A stretch of DNA of 63,903 bases, taken from contig JASCQW010000098.1 of NCBI GenBank assembly GCA_030264375.1, forward strand, positions 25,807,285-25,871,187, given 5' to 3'. The notes beneath the pieces are model-generated. The model had not been told where the DNA came from, did no database searches, and saw only the letters and a list, made by a program, of their open reading frames with translations. The translations under genes were made by a program, and so were the position numbers. This document shows, one piece after another, positions 11,941 to 26,545 of the stretch (position 1 is its first letter; every line of letters starts with the position of its first letter). The DNA is from Carcharhinus longimanus (taxonomy: Eukaryota).

Positions 11941-14259
11941 ATCCAATCTGGTCAATAATTATCACAATCAGTCTACTCTCAACCAGCAAAATGATGGGCA
12001 GTAGCATTGATGCATTATCCATCAGCATTTGCAAAACAAAAACCTGCTCACCAATGTTTCGTGATTTCCACCATGTACTCTGCTCCAGACTTCTTGGTCA
12101 AAACATGGACCAAAGAGCTGAACTCATGAAGTGAGACAGAAGTGACTGTCTTTGACATCAGGCAGTATCTGATCCAATGTGACATCAAGGAGCTCTGACA
12201 AAATTGATATCAATGGGAATCAGTGAGAGAACTCTCCACTGGTTAAACTAATACCTAGTACAAAGGAAGGTGATTGTAGTTGTTGAGGCCAATCATTTTA
12301 GTCCCAGGGCATTGCTGCAAGCATTACTCCAGAAAATGTCCCAGACACAACCACCTTCAGCTGCTTCTATGACCTTCCCTCAGTCATAAGGTCAGTAATG
12401 TGATGTTTGCTAATAACTGTATTCCTGGAACCAATCATGTCTGCACTGATAAGTGACAAGTAATGCAAGTCACACAAGCTTTAAGCAAAGACCATCTCAT
12501 GTAATATAATCATCTAAGGTTCACAATCATTGCAAGAACGTTTTGTGGACTTATTTTTGACCTGAAACTGAATCAGTCATGTAAATCCTGTTTTTATATG
12601 GGCAGGTCAGAAAAGCCAGGAATTCTGCAGCGAGTAATTCTCTAAAACCCGTCCATCATCATCTGTGAAGGCACAAGTGAGGACTATTGATTCCAATTAC
12701 CTGTATGAATGTAGCTCCTCCAATACCCAAGAAACTCAACATCATCCGAAAAAAAACAGCTCACTGATGGACACCCCTTTCACCACCAGTGTACAGCAGC
12801 AGTCCATACCACCTACAAGATGCACTGCAGCAACTCACCAAAGTACTTCAACGTGTTTTCTACCACCTAGGCAAAGAAAAGGACAGCAGACGCATATGAA
12901 TCATCACCTACAAGTTCCTCTCTATGTAACATACCATCCTAACTTGGAAATATATTGCCATACTTCATTTTCATTGGGTCAAAACCCTGGAACTCCATCC
13001 CTAATAGAACTCGGGTGTGCCTATATAAGCAGACTGCAACAGTGCAATAAGGCAACTCACCACCATTTTCAAGGGCAATTAGGGACGTGCTGCAAATGCT
13101 GGTCTTGAGGACGACACTTGTATTGCATGAATAAAGCAAGTTCTCACTATAAGTTGTGTTTGTGTCCCTGATAATTGCAATTTTAAGTGAATCGGCTTTG
13201 TGAATCGTGGTTTCCATCCATCAGACATTTCTTGCCTGGAAAAAACACTAGAAAAGCTGAAATACTATAATATACATGTGCTGCTCATTCCTAACTGAAA
13301 TAACTTGCAAAATAAATTCTTAAATACAAAATAAACCCTGCAAAATTTCAAATTAGGTAACACACACCAGTCTCTCTCTTTTAGACAAGTCCCTTGGCTT
13401 TGTGGGTGACCTGCTCCCACTCTGGCTTGATGTGTTGGGAAGACGTTTTACTTCTTCAGAGATGCTTTGAGGACACTCCTAAAGAATTTCAAAACAGATG
13501 ACTGAGTAATTTAAAGTCTTGATGCTCTGCATGTTGGCTTGGGGGAAGACCTGGCTATTGCACCACAGAAGGTAACTCAAGCACTCTAGCAATATTGACT
13601 GTTCATTCTTCAGCCTCAAGATATTTTAAAACATTCAATTTCAACTGGTGGGCTGATTGCTTTTTTTTTTGCAGCATCAGCCATGCTACAACCACTTACT
13701 GGGTGTTTCTTGCTCATGTTTAAAAGTAATTTAAAAGTCTCACCCATGATAAAACTCCAAGGTTTAATTATTCTTCTTAGGCAGTCACTTGCAGTTCAGG
13801 ATGACTTTAAATTTAATAAAGTCTGGCTTCAAATGCTTCTTTTTTTTAAAAAAAGTAGATTGATGTTGCCTTAAATACCACACTATTAACAATGGCACTG
13901 ACCCAGCAGGACCTGATGATGCATGGAGGGAGCTGACGTACACCACATGATGATGTGTGAAATGAGATTGCACCATGGGCGGCAATAACACATGCTGTGC
14001 GATAATGCATGGGATGCAATGATGTGAGAAAAAAAACTTTATACCGAAAATCAAAATTTATAATGGGGAAATGGGGCTTAAAACATCTACTTTATAGCAA
14101 ATCAACTTAAACCGAGGTATCTTAAAATGGGGACTTACTGTACCAAAAACCGTGTTGGTTAGGACTACTCATCTGAAAGTTGGAAATAAGCCTAATCTCC
14201 TGACATTGGTTAGCCTTGCAATAAAATTTGCATCCTAGTTTCAAACTCAACCAATTTGT

Positions 14260-15140
14260 GCAATTGAGAATGTGCAGTACAAACAGATCATTCAATCCAA
14301 CTATGGCCCAACAAGCCTCTTCCCGACTTCTTTATCTAGCTTTGTCAACATAACCTTTTATTCTTTTCTTTCTGATGATTATGTAGCTTCTTCATAAATA
14401 CATTTATGCTGTACACTTCAATTACTCATGGTAGCAAGTAAGATGTATTAATTACTCTTAATGGTTAATTCCTCCTTAATTTCCTACTGGATTCATTACT
14501 TACAATCCTTAATTTTGGACTTTCTATTCGTGGAAACATTTCTCTATCAAATCTTAAGATCTTTAAAACCTCAATTTGCACATTCCCCAGCACCTCTATA
14601 ACTTTTTGCAACATGGATTGTGCACAATATACCAAGTGTGGTCTAACAAAGATCTGGTATAAGTTTAAAATAACTTTTATTTTGTTATTGTCAATGTGTA
14701 TATAGACTCAAATTGTTGCTATTGAAATCCATTTCCCAATTATATACCCATTTCCAAATTGATTATTTCTGTATGATCAGTGATCCTCAGTATTAGCAAC
14801 ACTGAATTTGATGCCACCTACAAATTTTCCAATCATTTGATTAGAGTACAAATTAATGGTAAATGGTGAACAATAGTCCCAACACCAGGCTCAGTGGAAC
14901 AGCATTTCCTATCTTTTGCCAGTCTAAGTTCAATACTCTGAACTGTTGTTGTATCCAGCTCATCAATCCTGCTACTTGCCCTAACTCTATTACCTGACTG
15001 AAGTCATGACCCCATTAAGAGGTACCTTATTAAAAGACTTCAAGATCTAAAGACTGTACTGTCTTAGTTTGCTATTACTTCCAAGAACTCAGTAAGGTTT
15101 GTCAAGCATGGCCCTTCCTCTGAAATCCATGCTGACTTGT
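14260..15140 (-). mobile_element. Highly decayed CR1 fragment
   Basis: Reverse-complemented CR1 landmarks: cacaatataccaagtgtggtctaac, gtggaacagc, gaaatccatgctgac. Confidence 0.55.
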
Positions 15141-17317
15141 TTGTGAGGTTTGCTCATCACAGCTTGAAATGGACCAATAGTTCTCAGGACTTGTTACATT
15201 AAATATATAAATCATGCTAGCTGCTTGCCAGCTCTATTCCCTTAAATTTTGTGATGTATCTAATAATAATGGCTTTACTATATCTTCCCAGCTTCTGTTT
15301 GCATACATGAATGCAAACCACCAGAATGCAAGACACTTGACTAGTACACTTACTTTATCCATGCCACACCCCCACCCCCTGCTCTCATCTTAAAATGTAT
15401 TGTTCCCTTCTAATACCATGCCCATCTTGTTTGCCTCAATATTTATCCAGGGATTTTCTGCTCCCATTTAAGGTGACCGTTATGGCAGGTGAAAGCAGGA
15501 AGTTCCAAGTGATCTCAGAAATCAGGTTTACATTGGCATGAAAACAGTTCATGCTCATCAGCGCCTCCTGCTGTTGGCAAGTCTTATTTCCCACTTCTGA
15601 ACATCGGGATCATAATTTCCGTTAACTTGAATGTAATTATAATCACTGCTTGCAGGAATCATCCCACCATGCTGGACGAGGCAAGTCAGCATGTAGTCAC
15701 AAAGATGTGTTTCACAAAGGTACATAATTGACGTGCAACTGGAAGCATGCATTTCCCTCCTCCATGCAACGATCTTGTCTTGAGCAGCGTGCATGTAATT
15801 CAGTGTCAGGCTTTGTTGGTAGGGGATATGTCAAAAGTCTGATACTATCAGACCAGCAGTAAGNNNNNGGTGTCTTCTCAGCAGCTCAGGACAAGGGTAG
15901 GCTTGATGAGTGGAAAGATGTCTCATACAGGTTCAGAGGCTTTAGGGTGAAGACAGGCTTGTTGGAGGGGGGAATATTTTCATTTGTACAACAAATAATT
16001 GTTACCAAATATTAACCATATTAAAGAAGCTTTTTTCCAATTTACAACAATCAACTTGGGAACTCAAAAAAAACACAACTGATGTTCAGCCACCATGCAA
16101 CGTCTGAGGTGTCAGGGTGAAGGCAGACTTAGCAAAGGGAGGGGGAAATGCTACGGTGCTAGGGGCGGGGGGGAATACGTTTAACAGTTTAAGCAGCCTC
16201 ACACTATTGAGGGCTGAAGTGGAAACGGGGGATAGACCACATCACTTCAGAATACCAATGTACTAACAGACAGATAAGCACTACAAGAGAAATGTGATCA
16301 AGGATACAGGAGGAGTGAGAGGTCTACGAGAGAGGGTAATCTTAAATGTTCATTTCCTTGGTGACAAAGTCAGGTTTCATTCTCACATAGGGTGGGTGCA
16401 AGCTGATTTGGCATTGAGAACTATCCACCACCACTATTTTGCCATCAAATGTGATTGTGCTCATGAAAAGTATCAAAACCATGCTGCTGGTGACACTGCA
16501 GGTGCCTTGGATGCCAGTTGACTTGAAATCGGTGGAGGTACAATTAAAATGCCATCCAACAAAACTATGCATTCCTACATGAGCAAACAGGCACAGCTGA
16601 GATGTTATTGGTCTCTCAGTGATATTGCTGGAAATTATGAATGGAGCCTGTGAAGTGGCACTAAGTGATCTCCTGGGTTTAACTCCTTGCCAACAGCGTG
16701 GTAATCTCCATATTGTTGTGGGAAAGTAAGTGGAATTGAACGAACACATAAGCTTTTGAAACATATTGCATTAGTGGTGTTTGATAGATGGTTCTAAGAA
16801 CACAAGACTCAAACCATGCTTCACGTTGTGCATTTATGGTGTATATCCCTGTATATCCCATATACTGTAATCTCATAGTAATGTGCATGAGGATGCCAAT
16901 GCCGGGACTGAAAGCAGCACATTCAGGCATGAGCCAAATTAACCTCATCTCAGAAGCTCTTGATTTGGGGAGGGGGAAGTCACCTGGTTATGCACGCCTC
17001 AGTGTAGGTAGATCGTTTATATGGCAAGCAGTTGGCAGTATGGAAACCAGGACATTTAATCCACAGGTGTTTGAGTTATTGACAAAAGTATTGCAGGCAA
17101 GTTCTGACTCCCATGTATTTATCATGTATACTGAGAGGAGGCCACCAGGTAGATGGAGCCTTCATTATTGCAGACAGAAAGGAGAGAAACAAAGGAGGAG
17201 GCTGGTTTGCCAAAGGCAGGAGTAAAACCCTGAAGAGCAAGGATCAGCAGTGCCCCTTCTAGGCACAGGGGTTTAGGTAGGCAGAAACATTATGCCTGGA
17301 CGCCTCATGCTTGGTCA

Positions 17318-17869
17318 GTGGCTGTGAAAGTCACAGCCACACTCAATGTTTTTACCACTGGCTCCTTCCAGTGTTCAGCTGGGGACGTCTGCAGAATCTC
17401 TCAGGCATCCACACGCAAAAGCACCAATGTCCTTTTTTCCAAGACCCACAATTACATCTACTTTGACAGAGATGAAGCACCCCAGGACACCACAGCACTG
17501 ACCTTTGCTGAGATTTCCAGGTTTCACCAAGTGCTGGGTGCCACTATCAAAGTGGCTAGCAAAGCTTCCTGGGAACAGGCCCCGCAATACATAAACACTC
17601 AGGACGCCTCTGCTGTTTGTAACACTCGTCAATGGTGTGCAGTTAAAACAAACAAATTCTACAAATCTGCAACAGATACTCAGAAAGTGTCCACAACTCG
17701 TATCTTGAATAAATCACAGACCCCGGAAGTCTTTGGAGGGACCATCCAAGGCTGGCTCCTCAAGGGCAAAAGGTACCCGCAAAGAACACAATTGACAATG
17801 CCTGTGCAGTGGCTTCAGACTTCCTCAGAGAGAAGGTACAATAAGGTTATGCTGCTGCCTGGGTATTGA
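17318..17869 (+). pseudogene. Harbinger (HARBI1-like) DDE transposase remnant within a decayed element (~15446-17870)
   Basis: VKVTATLNVFTTGSFQ..GDVCRISQAS, FHQVLGA, QYIN, GWLLKGKRYP, ERRYN. Confidence 0.8.
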
Positions 17870-18244
17870 GCAAGACTACCACAGGAAAGAGACCCTTCAG
17901 CCCATTGCATCTGCCCCAACACTCCGGCTCTATTCCCGTAACCCCATGTATGTACCTTAACATTAAAGGGGGAATTTAGCATGGCCAATCAATCCAACCT
18001 GCACATCTTTAGCCTCTTCAAACGAGAAGACTTTCAAAGGGGATGATAGCTATACTGTGGCAATCATCCATGCCAATGGGGGGCGTGGGGAGGGGTCAGA
18101 AATGGGCTGTGTTCAAAGGAAGGTGATGTGCTTTGAATAAAGGCAAGAAATATACCCAACACAGACAGCTGACTGTGTGTGCCTGCCATCAAGCTTTGAT
18201 TAGATCATTGGTATCCACACACCAAGTGCCCCTATGTGCTGATT

Positions 18245-19200
18245 TTGATTTGATCTAGTCACATGCATTAGCATACAGTGAAAAGCACTGTCTGTATAAT
18301 GTGAGAAACAAAACTAACCATTCAGAGAAGTGAGTGCAGAATGTAGCGTTACAGACATAGCTAGGGTGTAGAGAAAGATCAACTTAAATGCAAGGTAGGT
18401 CCATTCAAAAGTCTGGTGGCAGCAGTGAAGAAGCTGTTTTTGTGTTAGTTGGTACATGACCTCAGACTTTTGAATAGACTTACTTTACATTAAGTTGATC
18501 TTTCTCTACCTTGGCTATGACTGTAACACTACACTCTGCACTCTTATTTCCTTTTCTATGGTATGCTTTGTCTGCACATCAGGCAAGAAACAATACTTTT
18601 CACTGTATGTTAATACATGTGACAATAATAAATCAAATTTAAAAATCAAATCCCATCCCCTCCAGAAGAATGAACGTCCAGGGTGCATAGGGCTTAATTA
18701 TACTTGCCGAGTTGGCAGTAAGTGTAGACAGAGTCGATGGATGGGAGGCTGATTTGTGTGATAGGTTGGTTACATTCATGGTCTTTTGTAGTTTCTTGTC
18801 GTTTTGGGTGGAACAGGAGCCATACCAAGCTGTGATACAACCAGAAAGAATGCTTTCCATGGTGCATCTGTAGAAACTGGAGTCATAGCTGACGTGCCAA
18901 ATTTCCTCAGTCAGAGAGAGGCATTGGTGGGCTTTCCTAACTATAGTGTTGGCATGGGCGGGGAGGGGTGGGGGGTGGGTGGTTGGAAAACAGGACACCA
19001 AAGAATTTGAGATTTTCAACCCTTTCTACTTTGGCCCCACTGGGATATGCTATGTTTCCCGATGTTGTTGGCACACAAGTTCACCAAATTGAATTCTTGT
19101 ATGCTGTTTGAGATCTGACCCACTATGGTGATGTCATCAGCAAACTTGAAAATTGAGTTGAAGGGGTGGATAATGAGGTGAGTCATCTGAAAAAAAGGAG
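18245..19200 (-). mobile_element. Rex1/Babar LINE fragments (includes a short + strand tail at 18490-18645)
   Basis: KFADDITIVG; FYRCTMESILSGCITAWYGSC; tail gatttgatttg. Confidence 0.75.
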
Positions 19201-19209
19201 CAGCACCCA

Positions 19210-20670
19210 TAAAACTCTGATATCAAATAAACCTGCTGGACTTTAACATAGTATTGAGGCTTCTTACTTTGCCCACAGTCCAATGCCAGCATCTTCACAA
19301 GTATAGTAGGAGGCTCAGAACAGCTTTGTGGGCACTGGTGTTATGATTGTGGAGATTTTATCTATCCCAATGTCACAGATGATGGGTCTGGCCATGCTGC
19401 AGTGGTGATGTGGAGATGCCGGTGTTGGACTGGGGTAAATACAGTAAGACGTCTCAACATATCATTGATGAAGACGAACATCTCGCTGGGGCCATCCCCA
19501 CACCCCCACTTCTTGCCTTCAAAACAACCACACAACCTCAAACAGACCACTGTTCGCAGCAAACTACCCAGCCTTTAGGACAGTGACCACACCACCACAC
19601 AACCCTGCCACAGCAACCTCTGCAAGACATGCCAGATCATTGACATGGATGACACCACAAATGAGAACACCATTCACCAGGTACACGGCCCATACACTTG
19701 CAACTTGGCCAATGTCCCAAAGCATGATACATTGGGGAGACCATGCAGATGCTTCAACAACGGATGAATGAACATTGCTCAACAATCACCAGGCAAGACC
19801 TGTTCCCTTCCTGTTGGCGAACACTGCAGTAGTCACAGGCATTTGGCCTCTGACCTTCGGTTAAGTGTTCTCCAAGGTGACCTTCATGGCGCATGACAGC
19901 GCAGAGACTGATAGCCAAGTTCCACACACGAGGCTGGCCTCAGCCAGAATCCTGGGTTCATGTTGCACTATTTGTAACCCCCATTATTNNNNNNNNNNNN
20001 NNNNNNNNNNNNNNNNNNNNNNNNNNNNNNNNNNNNNNNNNNNNNNNNNNNNNNNNNNNNNNNNNNNNNNNNNNNNNNNNNNNNNNNNTGGCTATCAGTC
20101 TCTGCTCAGCGACTCTGCGCTGTCATGTGTTGTGAAGGCTGACTTGGCGAACGCTTACCCGAAGATCAGAGGTCGAATGCCCATGACCGCTGAAGCATTG
20201 GCGAACACTTCAGTGGTGATGGGCATTCAGCCTCTGACCTTCGGCTAAGTGTTCGCCAAGGCAGCCTTCATGACACACAACAGGGCAGTGTCGCTGAGCA
20301 GAGACTGATGGCCAAGTTCCGCACACGCGAGGATGGTCTCAACCGGGTCTTGGTTCATGTCGCACTATTTGTAACCCCCATCACTTGTCTGGGTTTGCAA
20401 AACCTCACTTACTGTACTGTCTGGAGATAATACACATCTCTTTAACCTATGCCTAATGCTCTTTCCACTCATTGTCTGCAACTTTAAGACTTGAATAGCA
20501 GGTAGGTTGTAAAGACTTGCATTCTAATCAGTATTCTGTAAACTGTGTGTGCTCTTATATGCTGAGGCCAGAACTCACCATTCACCTGATGAAGGGGCAA
20601 ACCCCAAAAGCTTGTGAGTTTACTATCAAATAAATTGGTTAGACTTTAACCTGGTGTTGTGAGAATTCAT
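19210..20670 (+). mobile_element. Penelope-like element (GIY-YIG region), partial tandem with inverted pieces
   Basis: PPLLAFKQPHNLKQT.VRSKL and PCHSNLCKTC motifs; terminal module aaataaa..ggactttaacctggtgttgtgaga. Confidence 0.8.
20583..20617 (+). ncRNA. Degenerate minimal hammerhead ribozyme of the PLE
   Basis: CTGATGA-a-gggg/caaa/cccc-AAAA (canonical GAAA) at the position expected in a PLE pseudo-LTR. Confidence 0.5.
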
Positions 20671-21484
20671 GCTGCAATGGAACACTCCAGGTAGCTGGAC
20701 TATGCTGTAGCACTAGTTCCCCAAAGAAAAATTATACGTTTGACTGCAAACCCACCAAGCAGTGAACTACATGTAATGCCCTAGAAACCCTATATGAAAA
20801 GGTGATAAGTTTCTTGAGTAGATGGTCAAGATCATTTGACAGAATGCCTTGCCACTATTTTCTAACAAGCATCAATACAGAATTTGGATAGGTGGTAAGA
20901 AAGGCCCTTCCTGTCAAATCCTTCCTACATGCCCAGTCTCACTCCATCTGCACATTGCACTACTCTTGACTGTATTGAAGAACATCAGTGCAGCACACTG
21001 TATATAGAATACTTGATTATTGTACTGAGAGTCACTAAATATCTGCATGTTCTTCCAGCTATTTTACGAAGTACATTTGTGAAAGATACTTTCAAGTTCT
21101 GCTGCGTACGTTGATCCCTTCCTTACCCTCATGCTTAAGTTTCTCCTTGCTGTACCCATTTCTTCTTGCATGTGATTTTCCTGCAGATTTGCTTCATTGT
21201 CCACTAGAAATTACCCCAGTTGCATATTTTTCTTCCAATTCTAAAAAAGTGCCTCAACTTCTCAGAACTCCCTTTCCAACATGCACCTGGCTTTTTCTGT
21301 ATTTATGAATATTAAGCATTTAATTCTCCATTATGAAGTCATTTTCCATTATTGAAAGATTGCTGTTTTGCTTGTAGGTAACCACCCTTTTTCCAGCATA
21401 GTTTACAAGCACATTCTAAATCTTGTCTGTATTTCTTGGGGGTCTCAATACTGTCAAGTCCTTAGTACCAGTTTTTAAACCCTG

Positions 21485-21760
21485 GACAGCAGTGGCCAGT
21501 ACTGCTGCATCAGTGCCTGGGGCTCAGGTTTGATTTCTGGCTTGGGTCACCATGTAGTTGCACGTTTGCTTTATGCCTGCATAGATTTCCTCTGGGTAGT
21601 TTGGTTTCCACCCCATTCAAAAGATGGGCTAATGTGCAACGGTTAAATTATTCTCCCTCAGTGTACCCAAACAGGTACTGTAAACGTGGCAACTAGGGGG
21701 TTTTCACAGTAACGCCATCGCACTTTCAGTGCAAGTCTACATGCAATTAATTTATACTTT
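21485..21760 (+). mobile_element. Decayed tRNA/V-domain SINE
   Basis: V core plus tail gtggcaactagggggttttcacagtaac. Confidence 0.7.
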
Positions 21761-24700
21761 CTACAATATTTTGTCACTCATTTCTCCACTAATTTAGTTT
21801 CCATCCTCAAGTGAACCTTGGCAGAACATCTGTCCCAGCCAGGTTGAAGTGCAACTTGTACTTTTCAGATAAGGATTTGGAGCAGGAGGCACCAGCCAGT
21901 TAACACCAACATCACCCAATCCCCTATGTCAAATTACTCAATTGTTATGGTTTCCTTCAATTCAACTTAAAAAAAGGGATGCTGTTCCCAGATCAGAATG
22001 TTGGGGTTAAACAGAAGTGGTCAAGAGCTTCAAGTTGAGGCTCAGATCACCAACCTATCCTGGTCCATCCTTGCTGACACTAACAAAAGTTCAAGAAAGC
22101 CCACCAATGTGTCTACTTTGAGGCCAAAAAATTCAGTACATCTACTCAACTCAATGTTTACAGATGTAGCATGGAAAGCATTCTCTGGTTGTATCACATC
22201 ACAACCACAACTTTTGTATGTGCCTACCTTGTTGATCTTTGTATTGTTACCGTCATAGCTAGGGTATAGACAGTGTATTCTTTGCTCTAAATGTTTGTAT
22301 AGTGCACAAGAAATACATGTGACAATAAATCAAAACTGAGTTGCAAGACCCTAAACTGGCTCTTAAGTCAGAGACCAAATTAACTAACGACTTAACCCAA
22401 GGAAGGATTTTTGTTCTTGTGTAATCATTCACTTACATGCAATAAAAAATGAGCTGAAGTTCAGAAAGGTAAAGCTTGGTTTAAGTTCTTCCCTCCCAGG
22501 TGGTAGTTAGAGATTTAAATGGGATCTGTTCAGGATTTTTGTTGAATGGCTTCTCAAACTAAACACTGAAAGCTAAACTCATTTCTTCACTGAAGATTTG
22601 ACACATTCTAAAGCATTTGCAATTTGCCAGCCTTGCCCTGAAATAATTCATCCACTGCATATTTCCAAGATTTTGTCCAGTACAGTCTTTGATGGATGTC
22701 TAGACTATAGGCAATTAGTCTCTCAAGTTAGGGCATACACTAGGGGTAATGTGACCCAGTCAAGAACAAGCATGGTGCTAGTGCCAGAGTAGATTCTAGA
22801 GTTGGAAGTGTGAACACTGCAAGTCTTCACTGCTTGTAAACCATTACTTAGTTGTATACTAACTGGTGGTCACTAGTCCTTCCAATTCACTGGTTAAAGT
22901 GTAGGACAGTAAGATTCTGCTGCAAATAGTCTGCCATTTAACTTTGACCCTGTGACTAAGACCCTGGTTGATCTGTGACCTAATGTGCAAATCCACATTT
23001 AACTTCAGGGCCATGTTAAATTTGGTCATACAAATCTGGCTCATTAATGCAATCCCTGGGGCTGTCACATTCTACCCAAATACAAATTTAGTGGGCTACT
23101 CATTCTGAAATTCAAGGTTCATGGTGGGAGATGAGGGATGTCTGAAGTAGGTTCTTTATTTGGAGTGGTTGGGGTGTGGGATGGACTGCCTGCTGTGATA
23201 GTGGAGTCAGATACTTTAGGAACTTAAGTTATTGGATAGGCACATGGAGCATACCAGAATGATAGCAAGTGGGATAGCCTGATCTTGGGTTTGGATAAAG
23301 CTCAGCACAACAGAAGGCTGAAGGGCCTGTGCTATGTTTTAAAATTTAGATTAACAAAACTTTTCAGTCAAATTGCAACTTCCTGTAGTTAAGTGGTTCC
23401 TCAGACATCCTCACCAAGGCCAACACAAACTGCTATTAGGTGAGATAACCCAAAAGCTTGCAATGAAATTTCTAGTGCTTCTATTCAAATTTACTTCACT
23501 CTAGTTACATTGTCCTCATCCAAGTAGAAAACTTGAAATGGCTTCCATTGCCTCTCCTTGGCTATCTGCTANNNNNNNNNNNNNNNNNNNNNNNNNNNNN
23601 NNNNNNNNNNNNNNNNNNNNNNNNNNNNNNNNNNNNNNNNNNNNNNNNNNNNNNNNNNNNNNNNNNNNNNNGCTACTTTGCCTTTGTTTTCAGTTGGAGG
23701 GATTAGAGCTTCTAATCCAACTGCCCAATTTATGTTGACTAGACTTTGGAAAAATTAGCTTCACTCCCCACAAATTGACTCAAGGTCTGTTCAGTTTCAA
23801 CCTCAAAATTCCAGGCCATTTCCAGACACCTATGGAGCCAAGTCAAATCAATCCAAATCAGTGAGCAGCCAAAACAATTTGGTCACTTGTGATAATAGCC
23901 CAAGTACCTTCATGTCAACTTTTAACAACTCAATTCTATAAATTCCTTCTTAAATGTCCATACTTAGTATACCTTTTTGCTTATCCATGGAGTGCAATAT
24001 GTGATACCTCTGGATTCTCTCATCAACCCCCCCCATTCTTCAGATGTTTTATAATCTGTCATTGGCCTTCAGAGTAAAGAAAGACTGTTCTATTGCAAAA
24101 GATGCTCCCTTGGCTCATTTCCCAGAATTCTCACTTGTTACATCTTACTCACTTTTGCTAGTTCTTTTCAGTTCAATGATAGTATAGGATCTGTTTAATG
24201 TATTTAGCAATCTCAGGTTTAGTCACCACTACTGGCAAAATATCTGGGTGGCACAAATTAAAAACCAATGGAGGACTTCCTCAAACAAAAATCTCTCCAA
24301 ACCACTGAATAGAAACAAAAGCTGGAAAAGGGCAGTGGACAATGTAAAAAGTCTCAGACAAAACAATAGCTTTGTACAGTAAAAATTATGCCATTGAATT
24401 CAATTAATATCTGCTTAGATCAGATCCAAGATTTCTATCTTACAAGTTGCCCAAACATTTAGTCCTTTCTAAGAGCACATCTTCCTACTCTACAGCATTG
24501 CAGTCCCAAAACTTTTATTTAAACTCTACCCAAATCTTAATTTGCAAAAACTGTGCCAGTCCAATTTCTTTCCTCAAGACACTGCTATATTCAAAAGGCA
24601 TTTAAATGTACTCAACTAAACAGTGCTGTTAAAAGCCTATTAAAAGATATGGTGCAATTGCATTCCCCCAATGTTGAGGCTTATTTTGTCTTACGTTTTG

Positions 24701-26485
24701 GATCAAGCCTCTTGATCTGAGCATCTTTGGCTACTTGTATGCCAGTTTAACTCTAGGACCACATTGCACAACTCCCAAAATCAAGCCCAGAAGAGAGTTA
24801 ACTGCCAAAATGACATGAATTCCAAGGATTTTAAATGTGTGGCCTCAAAGCAAATACTGGTTTGCAATCTCATTGAATGCAATTACAATTAAAACTGATC
24901 AAATGCTTGTACTTATGAACACCAGTGTTGCACAGAAATCCACAAGTGTCTTTTAAACAGCATGGTATCACCTAAGATATTGCATGACTGAAAGAGCCAC
25001 TTATGAATTCAAAACACCAGTTCTCTAGAACTAGTCTTGTAAATAGTGGGTAAAGTTTTTTGATTTGACTTTTTCAAAAGTTGCATACTAATGGTCTTAC
25101 TGAACTTCAGTTATTACAAACTTGCCCACTTAATGGTACTAAACAAATACACAATTACACAAGTAGACAGTGATAGCATAGTTTTATTGTATTTAGTCAA
25201 GAGGGCATACATGTCAATGAGAACTAATGAAGTCCAAATGAAATGACCGATCAAGTAGGAATGCCCAGGTATTTCACATCTTAAGTGGAGGGAGGTGTAT
25301 TTTAATATGACAAGCCTTCCCAGCATCTTATTTCTTCAAAGTCACATGTCTACAAAAACTGATGCAGACCTACTGTATCCAATCATACCTTGTGTTAAGA
25401 CTCACAGCAATTAATGATAAAGAATTTTTGTACAAAAAGCTGTCAGCAAGGCAGTTAAATTACACAACTTGGAGTATAAAGCAAATTTTAACCCTAGTCA
25501 TCTATAAGTGTATAATTGCATTAAATGGATGAAAAGCCAGCCATTAAGATTTTGGCTCTGAATTCAGACAACCTCCAAATGTGGCCAAAAGCAAACAGTT
25601 TTACTTGAACTATTACCTTTAAGATTCATCCCAGCATGCACAATTGACAAGGGGGGTAGAAAAGGCAAAGAATGTTGCGATGCCTGGCCTTCAAAGTGGC
25701 CCAATACTGCATCAGTCAAGTTTCATTCATGTGGATTGAGTGGTGTCATTATTCACCTGTGGAATTCAAAACAAGCCAACCAGGAAGTAGGGAGGCTCAG
25801 CAAGCATGGTCATAAAGCTCAAATGAGGGAAAACTGTCATATGCATTCCTACTACTTATCAACCCAAAACAGTCACTTTGCAAGTGGAACAGGGCAACTT
25901 CACACCCCAGTTAGCATCTCAAATGCTTGCATCCAACAATAATAAATGTGCTTTGCAATTCAATTAGATTCCCTACTCAGTAATTCCATACTTGAGATGC
26001 AACTGATTGGTGATTTTGGCCTGCAGGCCAAATCACCAATTTCTCCAAATCTCTCCATCCACAAGCATAGAAAGATGAGATTGTTGCTCCAATATTGGAT
26101 CACCCAGGATAGCAGTCTGCTTGGTTAACACCAAAATACCCCTTGCTAGACAGTACATTGTGCCAGATGATACACCAAACTCCACAGTCCCATGAACCCC
26201 ACTAATTAAGAGCAGTAATGGGACCACCCACAAGTCATTCTTATCTGGCAGAGAGAGCATCAAAACAATAGCATTAATTCAAGCAGCTCCCATCACTGGG
26301 CAACAAGCTATAATCCCAAAATCAAAGACTAGGCAACTTACCTAGAGAAAATAGTCTTTAAATACCCTTCAATGAAATGTAACTGCAAACACTTTAGGTT
26401 CAGCTATTTGACACTGAAGTTGTTCTTGGTTGTCTTCTTGCTTCCAGAAGCTTGCTGCTATTTCCAACTATGCCCACCATCCTTA

Positions 26486-26545
26486 ACAGGCCGGGACAAG
26501 TGCAATACCAAGTGCATTTGTCAGCATTGCAATAAATCCCAACCT
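26486..26545 (-). ncRNA. MIR92A1: pre-miR-92a
   Basis: Mature UAUUGCACUUGUCCCGGCCUGU at 26486-26507; 5p arm AGGUUGGGAUUUAUUGCAAUGCU. Confidence 0.98.

Larger units (their letters stand above)
8925..13135 (+). mobile_element. Old CR1-group LINE (APE+RT) with an LF-SINE-like 3' tail, heavily interrupted
   Basis: APE start LANIWQLVLKLG..LSHRL..PDIIILIESYL; RT remnants at 11120-12700; tail caactcaccaccattttcaagggcaattaggga. Confidence 0.7.

Noticed and set aside
14000-14142. Tigger/pogo-like terminal repeat ending actg|ta
   Set aside because: No matching opposite end found, so not reported as a feature
17318-17869. Host HARBI1 gene
   Set aside because: Catalytic motifs are broken by deletions and it sits in decayed TE context
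26100-26480. miR-363, which would indicate the miR-106a~363 paralog
   Set aside because: No miR-363 sequence seen after miR-92a; content and order match miR-17~92
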